A stretch of 64,000 bases of DNA from Heptranchias perlo (GCF_035084215.1 NC_090346.1:47802001-47866000); one strand, 5' to 3'. Positions 11,640 through 23,196 are shown, counted from the first letter of the stretch. Notes: generated from the sequence alone by a model not told the origin. Made by a program: numbers and translations.

Positions 11640-12789
11640 CTGGGAGTAAACAGAAAACAGGACAAGTCAATGTGGCCTCAACAAAAGTACGAGAAAATAA
11701 AAGGTCAATTTATCACAGTCCTCATCGCCTCATGAATTATCCTTCACACACTGTGAGTAAGTTACTAAACACTCCCGTCTCCTCTCTGCTTCCCCGCTAT
11801 TTTCCAAGTTATTTTCCCCTCCATTCTTCTGATACGGTTTCATTGCCAATTAGTGTTCCTGGCTCAGCTAATGAAGACAAGTGCGCAGTGGCACCCCAGG
11901 TTATCTCTCGGGTGGGATTTTATTCCCGCCCTCCCGAGGGGCAGTGAGGAACCCGACTTCACAAACAGAACATTATATTTCAAAATACAGCTTTCTTTTC
12001 CCGAGACATCTGACCTCTTTTTCTTCCTTCATGTGAAATTAATATGATAGCATGGTCGCCTCTCAGTCAGAAGGTTGTAGCTTCAGGTCCCACTACGGAC
12101 TTGAGCACGTAGTCTAGGCTGACATTTCTGTGCAGTGCAGAGGGAGTGCTACATTGTCGGTGGTGCCATCCTCCAGATGAGGCGTTAAACTGAGGCCCCG
12201 TCTGCCTAGATCCCAGGAACCATTCGAAGAGTAGGGAGTTCGGGAATGCACTCCCTGAAAAGGCAGTGGAAGCAGATTCAATAGTAACTTTTGGGGGTAG
12301 GTCATTTAGGACTGAGATGAGGAGAAATTTCTTCACTCAGTGGGTGGTGAATCTTTGGAATTCTCTACCCCAGAGGGCTGTGGAGGCTCAGTCATTGAGT
12401 ACATTCAAAACAGAGTGTGATAGATTTCTAGATATTAAAGGCATCAAGGGACATGGGGATAGTGCAGGAAAATGGCACTGAGGTAGACGATCAGCCCTGA
12501 TCTTGTTGAATGGCGGAGCATTGGTATCTTCCCGTGTCTCCTCGGATTATGGAAAACAGATAAAGTGGGATAAATTAGCAGAAATTTAAAAAAAAAATTA
12601 AAATCCACATTTATAAAACTTTCTTTAATTAAGTTTCAACAGCAGTCCCAAATCGAAAAGTTGAAAAAGTTAGTGCTGTAACTTTTCATCTGCATGGTGC
12701 AGGACTTGCTTTACGGATTATTCTCCACACAAGGGAAAGTGAGAGTTTTTCACTGGAGCATACACATATCTGCAACCTCCAATACTCAC

Positions 12790-12913
12790 TGGTTACTTTG
12801 GCTGTTGCTGACCAAGGATCCGAAGCCTCGACGACGATGATATCACTGCAGGCCAGTCCAAAATCCCCAATCCGAACATGGTAGTCAGGGCCATGGAGGA
12901 AAATGTTCCTTGG
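12790..12913 (-). CDS. EIF2AK1: EIF2AK1 exon 12 (DFG motif)
   Basis: tttaaag|CCA...ACCA|gtgagt; PRNIFLHGPDYHVRIGDFGLACSDII. Confidence 0.95.
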
Positions 12914-13424
12914 CTTTAAAACAGCACATCGTGAGCGTAGGTTAGTTATGCCATGTGTTAAATGGTGAATGAAGTAGCTTTCGTGGCACGTAGCCAAGTA
13001 TCGTAAAATCTCACAGCTCAGAAGGAGGCCATTCGGCCCATCATGCCTGTGCCGGCTCTTTGAAAGAGCTATCCAATTAGTCCCAATTCCTTGCTCTTTC
13101 CCCACAGCCCGGCAAATTTTTCCTTTTCAAGTGTATACGCAATTCCCTATTGAAAGTACAGCACAGTAACAGGGGAATATCAATAGGAACCATTGGCCCA
13201 TATTATCCCAATGTGTAAGTAACAATCTTCATGAAATCCAAGGTAATAAAATAATTACTTGCCATTTATGTAAATGTTTTCACTCTGCAAACACGGTTTA
13301 GTGCTTATTTTCTTATTTGAGGCCTGCTTCAGTAGGAAAAAGAAAACTCACCCGATTAGTGTAACTAGTAGCAGTTAAAAAGTTTTAGGACCCCTTCAAG
13401 GACTCAGTTTGTAAATCCACTGCT

Positions 13425-13760
13425 GGGTGAGAAACTGAGCTACACAGAACAAGGCGGTCCCAGGTTCAATCCCTGGTCGGTGCTGAGTCAGCCCATTCGA
13501 ACCTAGGTAACCTATTTATCCATGGGCTTGCAAGGGGGAAGGTCATCCAGGGTCCCACTTCTGACCACTGTCCAGCGATTCTTGCTGGACAGTGCATGGA
13601 TGAACATGGGATGACAACAGGATCGGGCGCAGCCGGGATGCTCCCCAGAAGCGCAGAGTCTACTGACTCTCCGTCTTTCCCTCACAGTGAACAGCAGCCG
13701 CTTGGAGGAGGCATTGGAAAGGCACTCACTGCCTGTGGAACTGTACCCCAGCCCGGGTGT
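13425..13760 (+). mobile_element. LF-SINE-like tRNA-head SINE (old)
   Basis: gtcccaggttcaatccctggtcggtgctgagtcagc...ggaactgtaccccagc; related degenerate copies at about 3820-4130(-), 16540-16765(+), 23910-24085(-), 39770-40110(-), 42000-42400(+), 53030-53590(-), 62075-62390(-). Confidence 0.6.
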
Positions 13761-13764
13761 ATAG

Positions 13765-14290
13765 AATCATAGAATGATACAGCACAGAAGAAACATAAGA
13801 AATAGGAGTAGGAGTAGGCCGTATGGCCCCTCGAGCCAGCTCCGCCATTCAATAAGATCATGGCTGATCTTTGACCTCAACTCCACTTTCCTGCCCGATC
13901 CCCATATCCCTTGATTCCCCTTGAGTCCAAAAATCTAGTGTTCTCAGTCTTGAACATACTCAATGACACAGTATTAACAGCCCTTTGGAGTAGAGAATTT
14001 CAAATATTCACGACCCTCTGAGTGAAGAAATTCCTCCTCATCTTCGTCCTAAATGTCCGACACCTTATCCTGAGACTATGCCCCCTAGTTCTAGACTCTC
14101 CAGCCGGGGGGGAACAACCGCTCAGCATCTACCCTGTCAAGCCCTCTTAGAATCTTTTATGTTTCAATGAGATCACCTCTCATTCTTCTAAACTACAGGG
14201 AGTACAGGCCCGTTCTACTCAATCTCTCCTCATAGGACAACTCTCTCATCCCAGAAGGAGGCCATTCAGCCCATCATACCTATGCCAGCT
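13765..14290 (-). mobile_element. CR1 LINE 3' fragment
   Basis: Reverse complement of the CR1 3' UTR and ORF2 end; similar copy at 16045-16480 (-). Confidence 0.8.
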
Positions 14291-14599
14291 TTTAAGAGGG
14301 GGAAAAACGTAGACGATGCATTAGTGTTATAAGCAGACCGAACGGCCAACAATTCAACAATACTGTAACAAAACCAATTAGACATCAAAAAGTAATCAAA
14401 ATATACCGAAACTCTTTCCTTCCATTTTCTCAGCTGTTACGGTGTTGGTCGGATTGAGGAAGAGAGAAGGATGAACACACCTGGCATCTAAATAATGGGT
14501 ATCATTCGCCATAACAAAAACAGCCGACACTATATACTTGACGCGATCAAATAAGTCAAACGACACCGGGCCACTCTGGTTCTTCAACAATCCCGAACA

Positions 14600-14893
14600 C
14601 AACTCAGATTGTGACATCCAATCCGAATTCCAAACAGAGCGCAAAGATTGTGACGTCACAAACCGTTACCGTCACAACACGAAACGAATCAAAATCGCGC
14701 GCAAGCAACCGCTGCCTCATAACGGGAAACCTCTCCCTGCACGTCAGCCAAGAAATGCTGTCTCCAGAGTTCCCAATCTGACCGTACGGAACCCACGACA
14801 CCCATTTTGCACAAATCAGCGGCACGGAGACCGCGTGAGGAGAGAATGTTCCGATCCTGAACTCACTTTGTATAAAAAACCCCTCTAATAAAA
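14600..14893 (+). promoter_or_regulatory. Putative ANKRD61 promoter with palindromic CRE and X-box-like site
   Basis: Local CpG enrichment; TTGTGACGTCACAA (14648-14661); GTTACCGTCACAAC (14665-14678); CGTCA half-site near 14742. Confidence 0.5.
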
Positions 14894-15058
14894 ATGTGCG
14901 AATGTGGGGCTGAGTTTAACGATCTCCACGCCAAGCTTCACGATGCTATCATGAAAGGAGACCGAAAGACTATCACAAGCTTGCTGAAGGCCCATCCAAT
15001 CAATGATCCCATTACTATTTGGAAAAACTGTGCTCTGTTCCCCACACTTCAAACTCAG
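14894..15058 (+). CDS. ANKRD61: ANKRD61 exon 1, nested antisense in EIF2AK1 intron 11
   Basis: ATG...ACTCAG|gtaatt; 165 nt; MCECGAEFNDLHAKLHDAIMKGDRKTITSLLKAHPINDPITIWKN. Confidence 0.8.
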
Positions 15059-16044
15059 GTAATTCCAACAATTCATTCAGACGTTCCTTTTCTCTGTTTT
15101 AAGTGTATCAGAGGTTTTATATGAAATCGAAAAAGGTTGATCATAGAATAATCTACCTTGAGTTTAGCCTTGCTCATTTTTTGAACTAGCATCCTCCATA
15201 TACCCTGGGGGGGTTAATACTCTCTGAAGTGCTGAGAGCCATCATGTGACCCTCCCCAATTGCCATTCCACATAAAAGCCTTGTCAGCAGAAACAAGTCT
15301 GCAGTTCTTGTCAACACAGGCAGTGATCAATTTGTCCAAACAAAGCAGGAGGGATGCAAAATCCCACCGAGCCTCTGGTTTTTAAAGAGAAGTCGATCCC
15401 AATTTGCCAGGTCACTCGAGTCCAGAGAGCTGAAGACCCCACTTTCCCTCAGTGAAATGTTCAGACCGGGGAATCCATAAATTCACCCAATTTATAATTT
15501 ACTCCTTTTGAAATGATGGAGCCAAGGTTTCGAGCACAAGAATGGTTAAAGATGAGGGGCTGTTGGGCTCATCGAACCTCAAACCTCTTCTGCTGTTCTC
15601 CTTTGTAACAGAGGGCAGACTACCGTAGATGCTGGGATGGTGCCAAGAGATCAACCATAAAGAAGACACATCCTGGGGCTCTTGGACGTATACTTTTACA
15701 TCTGTAAACATCCTGGGCACCAAAACACTGCATCACTGACCGATTTCCCATACAGTCCCAAATACTTTCGGCACTGTAGAGTTTTTTTCCCCCAGGGATT
15801 TATGCCATCTAATTTACATAAAACATTTCCCCCTTGATCTAAACTTGACTTTTCAGATGGTCAAAAGTCCAGGATGGTCCAGTAGCTTTCCCATCAATTT
15901 TCTGACCACAAGTTATCAGGGAGAAAAGGCCTCTCAGTTTATCACTTTAGTACCTTTCCAAATACATGAGCTACCAAGCAAGAAGGCCCATTGTTTAGGC
16001 TCAAAGTGAAACAGTACCTTTAAGTGGAGAATACCGTCAGATAA

Positions 16045-16480
16045 GAACATAAGAAATAGGAGCAGGAGTAGGCCATACGGCCCCTCGAGCCTGCTCCGCC
16101 ATTCAATCAGATCATGGCTGATCTTCGACCTCAACTCCACTTTCCTGTCTGATCCCCGTATCCCTTGATTCCCCGAGAGTCCAAAAATCTATCCATCTCA
16201 GCCTTGAATATACTCAATGACTGAGCATCCACAGCCCTCTGGGGTAGAGAATTCCAAAGATTCACAACTCTCTTCATGAAGAAATTCCTCCACATCTCAG
16301 TCTTAAATGGCCGACCCCTTATCCTGAGACTATGCCCTCTAGTTCTAGACTCTCCAGCCAGGGGAAATGGCCTCTCAGCATCTACCCTGTCAAGCCCCCC
16401 CTCATAATCTTATATGTTTCAATGAGATCACCTCTCATTCTTCTAAACTCCAGAGAGTATAGGCCTTTCTTACTCCTCAG
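16045..16480 (-). mobile_element. CR1 LINE 3' fragment in ANKRD61 intron 1
   Basis: aagaacataagaaataggagcaggagtaggcc... CR1 3' end. Confidence 0.8.
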
Positions 16481-16902
16481 AGTGATATTATCAGATGTTA
16501 TACTTTAAAGAGAGAGGGGGAAGGAAAGAGGATTTTAAAAAAAAGTCAGCCAGCGTTCCCATTCCTGATTATCCAGTGGCCCCTGCTGGAAAGTGCAGGT
16601 GTGCCGACATCTGGTGAAGATAGAATTGAGAGCAGTGTTGATCCCCCTCCCACAGTCAAATAGCTGGCTGACATGACAGTCACTGTTTGGGTCTCACTGC
16701 AGGATAGACGAGACCCATAGAACTGTACTCCAGCATGAGTCAATGACTTCAGGAGAGTAGAGGGTGCAATAACGAGCGAGCGCAACAGAATCTAAACTGA
16801 TCGCTGGGTGGCATTTTAAGAAAATTGGATTATTTTGAAGCAAATACTTTTCAAAACCGTGTTCTTAGTCTAATATTTGTAATATCTTTCTATTATCCTA
16901 AG

Positions 16903-16997
16903 GGGTTGGCCATCCTTCCAATCCACTTGGCTGCAACATACAGAAAGGCAAAGAGTTTACAATGTTTACTTGATCTAAAGGCTGATATAGAGGCACG
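16903..16997 (+). CDS. ANKRD61: ANKRD61 exon 2
   Basis: cctaag|GGG...GCACG|gtgagt; GLAILPIHLAATYRKAKSLQCLLDLKADIEAR, an ankyrin repeat. Confidence 0.85.
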
Positions 16998-17152
16998 GTG
17001 AGTGTCGCGTGTTAAACATTCTCATCGGTTCCGGTGGTTCTCAAGTGGTGGGCATGAGGCCTCTCCCGATGGGACGAGGCAAGGGTCCCAGGGGGACAAG
17101 AATTGACCCTCTAAATTTAATCTGAATGATGAAAGTGCCATAGTTGTAAAAG

Positions 17153-17600
17153 AAACACTTGCAATTATATCGTGCTCTCCCCAACCTCAGGAAGTCCCAA
17201 AGCGCTTTACAGCCAATGAAGTACTTTTGAAGTGTAGTCACTGTTGTAACGCAGGAAATGTAGCAGCCAATTTGCGCACAGCAAGATCCCACAATGTGAT
17301 AATGACCTGATAATCTGTTTTAGTGATGTTGGTCCGAGGGATAAAATATTGGCCCAGGACACCGGGGAAGAACTCCCCCGCTCTTCTTTGAATAGTGGCC
17401 GTGGGATCTTTTACGTCCTCCTGAGAGGGGCAGTCGGGGCCTCGGTTTAACGTCTCGTCCGAAAGACGGCACCTCTGACAGTGCAGCGCTCCCTCAGTAC
17501 TGCACCGGGAGTGTCAGCCTTGATTCTGCACTCAAGTCTCTGGAGTGAGAGTCAAACCCACGACCTTCTGATTCAAAAAGCGAGAATGCCCCCCACTGAG
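17153..17600 (-). mobile_element. Deu-domain SINE, near full length
   Basis: Includes a tRNA-like head (ggtcgtgggtttgactctcac) and the L2-like tail. Confidence 0.78.
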
Positions 17601-17784
17601 CACGATTAACACCAACAGAGCAGGTAATTGCCCAGAAACTGACACTTTCACCATCTCTTGGGACTTTTTTTTTTAAAACAGCAGAACGACAGTATTTGGC
17701 CTGCAAGTCACATTGCTTGCACAAAATGCATGGGATTTGTTGAGATGTTACGTCAAATCATTTGCCCTACTGTCAAATAAGAGT

Positions 17785-18135
17785 ACTCCAGTGCCGTACT
17801 GAGGGAGTGCTGCACTGTCGGCGACGCCCTCTTTCCAATGAGACATTAAAACGAGGCCCCGTTTGCCCTCTCAGGTGGACGTAAAAGATCCCACATCACT
17901 ATTTCGAAGAAGAGATGGGGAGTTCTCCCTGGTGTCCCTCAACCAATATCACTAAAACAGATTTATCTGGCCGTTATTACATTGCTGTTTGTGGGATCTT
18001 GCTGTGCGCAATTTGGCTGCTGCATTTCCTACATTACAACAGTGACTACACTTCAAAAGTACTTAATTGGCTGTAAAGCGCTTTGGGACATCCTGAGGTT
18101 GTGAAAGGCGATGTATAAATGCAAGTCTTTCTTTC
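17785..18135 (+). mobile_element. Deu-domain SINE, inverted relative to the 17153-17600 copy
   Basis: Same family in the opposite orientation. Confidence 0.78.
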
Positions 18136-18180
18136 CTTTAAAAATTCTCACGGATTTTGTTCTTTCTTTCTTTGCCTTAG

Positions 18181-19204
18181 GGACATGAGAGGTCGAACGG
18201 CGCTGCATCTCATCGTAATGCACTGGCCCAACATAGTCCGAGACTGGATCGTACCAAAGACCAAGTTCGAGAAAGCCATGGCGGCCATGCAGAGCCGGGC
18301 GGAATCCTGCCTGCGCCTGCTGTGCCTGTACGGGGCGCAGGTCAACGCGGTGACCCAGGGCGGCAGCCGGGACACGGCCATGCACCTGGCCGTGCGCCAC
18401 GGAGCCTGGCCGGCGGTGGGCATCCTGGCGCGGCATGGAGCCGACCTGGAGGCGGCCGACCAGCACGGCCTGACCCCGCTGCACATGGCCAGCGGCGTCC
18501 TGGACCGGCGCATGACTGAGGAGCTGCTGGGCCGGGGGGCGCGGGTGGACAGCCGGGTGGCGAGCAGCGGCAGCACGCCCCTCCAGCTGGCCGTGCGCGC
18601 CGCCTCCGGCAAGGGCGGGCAGACGCTGGGCGCCGGCCTGGGCTGCGTGAGGGCGCTGCTGGGCCGGGGGGCGGACGTGGACGCCCGGGACCGCCGGGGT
18701 CGAGCCGCGGTGCACGACGCCTGCTTCGGCGGCCGGGAGGAGGTGGTGGACCTGCTGCTGGAGCACGACGCCGATCTCAACCTGCGGACCGGGCTGGGCG
18801 AGACCCCCCTCTCCCTCTTCCTGGAGCGCCGGCCCAACCTCGGGTGCGGCCGCCTGCTGGCTAAGCTGCTCAGCCTCTCCTGCCCGCCGCGGCTCACCGG
18901 CGCCAAGGGGCTGCCGGGCGGGCTGCTGCGGCCCGAGTACCGCCGGCACAAGGAGTTCCTGCTGGCCCTGAGCCGCGAGCCCCCAGCGCTCCGGGACTTC
19001 TGCCGCGTGGCGGTCAGGAAGGTCTACGGCCACAGGCACGGCCAGCGCCTGAAGCAGCTTCTGCCCACGCTGGTCTGGCAGTTCGTGTACGGTTACCAGG
19101 ACTACACCGAGCGGCTGGGGGAGATCGCGGCGACCCAGCAAAACGGGCCGGACTTCGAGGGTCAAGGAGAGCTGGACGAGAACCTGCTCCACATGCACCT
19201 CTGA
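18181..19204 (+). CDS. ANKRD61: ANKRD61 exon 3 (multiple ankyrin repeats, SOCS-box-like C-terminus)
   Basis: gccttag|G GAC...TGA; GRTALHL, DTAMHLA, GLTPLHMA, GSTPLQLA, GETPL ankyrin motifs; nested position matches the known EIF2AK1/ANKRD61 arrangement; spliced ORF 427 aa. Confidence 0.88.
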
Positions 19205-19341
19205 GGGGACGCAGCTTTGCTCGACGTGGACTTATTTATTTTAGAAGTACCGATGGTTTGGTCGAAATCTGTTCTGAAACCCGAATAACTTTTAGTCTCA
19301 CTCGGTGGTTTAACTCTCTCGCAATTGATTAGTCGTAAGGA

Positions 19342-19347
19342 AATAAA
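19342..19347 (+). terminator. Probable ANKRD61 polyadenylation signal AATAAA
   Basis: AATAAA about 140 nt after the stop codon. Confidence 0.5.
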
Positions 19348-19444
19348 GAGTTTTGACAAGAGCCCTCAATTTACAAATAGACACGCCCAGCCTGCAAATC
19401 ATTTTATCTGGCTGTCTTCTTATTGAAATGTTATGTGCGGAATC

Positions 19445-20490
19445 TTTACAGGTTCACTCTCATCAAACACACCTCAAATGTAAGATAGTCGCTAATAAAT
19501 CCAATAGGGAATTCAGGAGAAACTTCTTTACCCAGAGAGTGGAACTCGCTACTGCAAGGAGTAGTTGAGGCGAATAGCATGGATGCATTTAAGAGGAAGC
19601 TAGATAAACACATGAGGGAGAAAGGAATAGAAGGATATGCTGATAGGGTGAGATGAAGAGGGGAGAGAGGAGGAGTGTGGAGCATAAACACTGGCATAGA
19701 CCAGTTGGGCCGAATGGCCTGTTTCTGTGCTGTAATTTCTATGTAAACCTCAGATCTTAGTAAGAATCTCATTGAAGTCTCCTTTATTGCTTCTTTGCAT
19801 TTGACTAGATTTTGAGATCTTGTGAACGAACTCTAAATACTTTCCCAAAGCAGCCACTGCTTAAATTAAACATTAGGTGTTTTTTAAAAAAAATAAGACA
19901 TTGCTTCCTGCCTCCGGTTCTTATTTTTGCTATGAAAAGGTGGGAGCTCTAGAAACAGTAACCGAGGAACAAAGGTTTCATGGTAATTCTTGAGGCTGCT
20001 GAGTGTATAGTGAAAGGAGAGTATTTATGTGAAATTTAATACAGGGCCACCTCCATCATCTGATTAGACTGGAGAAGCTGGGATTGTTCTCCTTAGAGCA
20101 GAGGAGGTTAAGGGGAGATTTAATAGAGGGGTTCAAACTCATGAAGGGGTTTTGAAAGAGTAAATAGGGAGAAACTGTTTCCACTGGCAGGAGGGTCGGT
20201 AACCAGAGGACACAGATTTAAGAAAATTGGCAAAAGAACCAGAGGGGAGATGAGGAGAATTTTTTTTAAAAAAACACAGTGAGTTGTTATGTCTGGAATG
20301 CGCTGCCTGAAAGGGTGGTGGAAGCAGATTCAATAGTAACTTTCAAAAGGGAATCAGATGTATACTTAAAAAATTGCAGGGCTATAGGAAAAGAGCAGGG
20401 GGAGCGGGACTAATTGGATAGCTCTTTCAAAGAGCCGGCACGGGCACGATGGGCCGAACGGCCTCCTTCTGTGCTGCATGATTCTATGAC
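19445..20490 (+). mobile_element. Two CR1 3' fragments (about 19445-19745 and 20060-20490)
   Basis: REFRRNFFTQRV and agactggagaagctgggattgttctccttagagcag CR1 signatures. Confidence 0.75.
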
Positions 20491-20530
20491 TCGGTGAATG
20501 CTTGCAACGAGAGCCGTGATACGGACTCAC

Positions 20531-20637
20531 CTTCAAGTCTCTATGCATGACGCCCTTGGAGTGGATGAAACGCACTCCCTCCAGCAGCTGACGGAATATG
20601 TGACTGGTGCAGTCAGGTTCCACCAGATTAAACGGAC
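20531..20637 (-). CDS. EIF2AK1: EIF2AK1 exon 11 (CP heme-regulatory motif, HRDLK)
   Basis: tcattag|GT...AAG|gtgagt; (C)PFNLVEPDCTSHIFRQLLEGVRFIHSKGVMHRDLK. Confidence 0.95.
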
Positions 20638-20769
20638 CTAATGATACCAAAGAGGTGAGAATGGAATTTCACAATCTTTATTGTTTGTTTTAAATACTTA
20701 TTTTGGGTCAAATAGGAGGGATGGATAAACTGAATATTTAATAAGCTGATAAAGAATTAAACAACTCAC

Positions 20770-20878
20770 AGGTATGTGACGAGCCCTCTCTCTGTCTGGT
20801 ATTCCTTTCCAAAATCCAGTCCTGAAGAGACCCTTCGCACAACTGCATTTGTATATGTAGCATGAGGTGAAAACAGAT
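20770..20878 (-). CDS. EIF2AK1: EIF2AK1 exon 10
   Basis: gtcttag|ATC...ACCT|gtgagt; [26 protein letters not shown]. Confidence 0.95.
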
Positions 20879-21384
20879 CTAAGACACACAAAAAAAGTAA
20901 CATGTCCAATTTTAACCCGTCCTCTGGCTGATTACAAGACCCATTCAGGGACAAGGTGAAGCTCAATGTAACGGGATGCTCCCAAGTCTACTTAATTTTA
21001 ACGCGTCTTTTGCTGACTGAGAATTACACACACACATCCAGGGACGAGGGGACCTCCAGGCAGCTGAATCATCTCCGTTTAGTGGCAAAAATGCTCCAGG
21101 ATTGTCTAACAGGACAGGGGTTTGCCTACTTTAATCAGACTAACAACAATCAGTACTGCAAGCGCCCCCTTTAAGAAGGGAACACCAAACATAACCTGCA
21201 GTTGGACAAAACCAACGTTAGTTTTTCTTTTCTTTCACCCTGTCCCCAAGTTTCCCAACTTTGATTTCGAGAGTCGCCCCAGCTAATAAAATAAGTCAGG
21301 TCACAGGAGACCACGACGAGCACTCACGTGACTCAAACCCATGCAAATCTGACCGTCAACAACAAACCGTCAACAGTGACGTTA

Positions 21385-21880
21385 CATAGGAACAGGAGGA
21401 GGCCATTCAGCCCATTGAGCTTGTTCCGCCATTCAATTGGATCATGGCTGATCTGTATCTTACCTCTATTTACCCGCCTTGGTCCCGTAACCCTTAATCC
21501 CCTTACCCAACAAAAATCGATCAATCGCAGTTTTGAAATTTTCAATTGACCCCCAGCCTCAACAGCTTTTTGGGGGAGAGAGTTCCAGATTTCCACTCCT
21601 CTTTGTGTGAAGAAGTGCTTCCTGACATCACCCCTGAACGGCCTGGCTCTAATTTAAAGGTTATTCCCCCTTGTTCTGGACTCCCCCCCCACCAGAGGAA
21701 ATAGTTTCTCTCTATCGACCCTATCAAATCCTTTAATCATCTTAAACACCTCAATTAGATCACCCCCTTAATCTTCTATACACAAGGGAATTCATTCCTA
21801 GTCTACGCAACCTGTGCTCATAATTTAAACCTTTTTAGCCCTGGCATTGTTCTGGTGAATCTGCTCTGCACCCCCTCTTG
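21385..21880 (-). mobile_element. CR1 LINE 3' fragment
   Basis: WNSLPQKAVEAG peptide and CR1 tail. Confidence 0.8.
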
Positions 21881-22310
21881 AGGTGCTGTTAATAGGTTTC
21901 AAATTCAACATTTTACAATACTCCACTTTCACCAGTTGGACTTGTGTTCATTTAAGTTACGGAAAGTACAAGTTACAAATTGGCATCATCATTACTTTGG
22001 TAAAACCACTAGTGCCAAGAACTTGGGGGAATGATAAAGATTCTGCCCAACTCAGGGGTTGGGTGGTGCAGCGGGGCCCAGGTTTGAACCCAGCCTCCTC
22101 GTTCTGCTGATGTAACCTTCCCATTTGAAGTGATTTTGGATAATCTAAACTGAGTTCTCAGTGGGTTTGAAACCCATAGCATAAAAATGTCCTTATCTAC
22201 ACATTAACAGTCAATTCCACTCAGAGGGCTGGTGCGGAAAAATGGAAATGTCACACTGGTACAGGAGGGGCACTGATTTAAAGTTGGGGCTAAGTCACAT
22301 GGAAGAGCAA

Positions 22311-22600
22311 CAGGGAGCTTCACTCTGTATCTAACCCATCTTGTACCTGACCCCGGGAGTGTTTGATGGGACAGTGTAAAGGGAGCTTCACTTTGTATCT
22401 AACCCATCTTGTACCTGAACCCGGGAGTGTTTGATGGGACAGTGTAAAGGGAGCTTCACTTTGTATCTAACCCATCTTGTACCTGAACCCGGGAGTGTTT
22501 GATGGGACAGTGTAAAGGGAACTTTACGCTGTACCTAACCCATCTTGTACCTGAACCCGGGAGTGTTTGATGGGACAGTGTAGAGGGAGCTTCACTCTGA
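22311..22600. repeat. 68-bp tandem repeat, about 4.3 copies
   Basis: Unit gggagcttcactttgtatctaacccatcttgtacctgaacccgggagtgtttgatgggacagtgtaaa starting at 22313, 22381, 22449, 22517, 22585. Confidence 0.9.
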
Positions 22601-22700
22601 AAAGCATTCCTTTCCTTATGTTGAATTCCAAAAAAAAACATTCTAAAGCGACAAAGATAATCATGCTGGAAATCCTTCCCAAGGTATGCTGCTTCCTCAC

Positions 22701-23196
22701 CTTGGACTCGGGGTACGCATCTGTGAATGACGAGCCATCCTCTGAACTTGAACTACTGTTCACGTAGACAGACGAACCTGAAATCTCCTCGACAGCACCG
22801 GTAACTCCCTCCTGTTCCGTGTCGAGGTCTTGCATATCCGCCTCCATTGCTTCAACTAATGGGTCCAATTTGTTCCTTTTGTCGGGGGACATTAGGAGCT
22901 CGGAGCTCGCACCTGTGCCACTGTGAACAGACACACTCTTCGAATAAAAAGGTGAAGAGTGCACCTTGAGACCCTTCACTCCCGCCAATAAACGGCTCCT
23001 GGTTTTTAGATGGTTTGCACCATAGTCTTCATTGTGGAAGGAAATCACATTGTCATTTTCTTTTGAAATGCTCATGCACGTCTCTTCCTCGGCTGGTTTT
23101 CTCCCTGACAAAGTCTCTCCCATTCTGGCAAAAGGACCGGAGTCCGCAAAAATTATACTTGAGCCACTGGTTTCTGTGTTGCGGATGGAAGGGTCC
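22701..23196 (-). CDS. EIF2AK1: EIF2AK1 exon 9 (kinase insert)
   Basis: ttccacag|G GAC...AAG|gtgagg; 496 nt, phases fit both neighbours; DPSIRNTETSGSSIIFAD...SSSSSEDGSSFTDAYPESK. Confidence 0.85.

Noticed and set aside
13440-13490. tRNA gene suggested by B-box-like GGTTCAATCCC (also 28936-28947)
   Set aside because: These are SINE heads; no cloverleaf can be formed
18053-19198. 381-aa and 267-aa minus-strand ORFs
   Set aside because: Antisense shadows of the GC3-rich ANKRD61 exon 3
22311-22600. CRISPR array or ribozyme (twister/hammerhead) in the 68-bp repeat
   Set aside because: Units are contiguous with no unique spacers, the context is eukaryotic, and no complete ribozyme core could be fitted by eye
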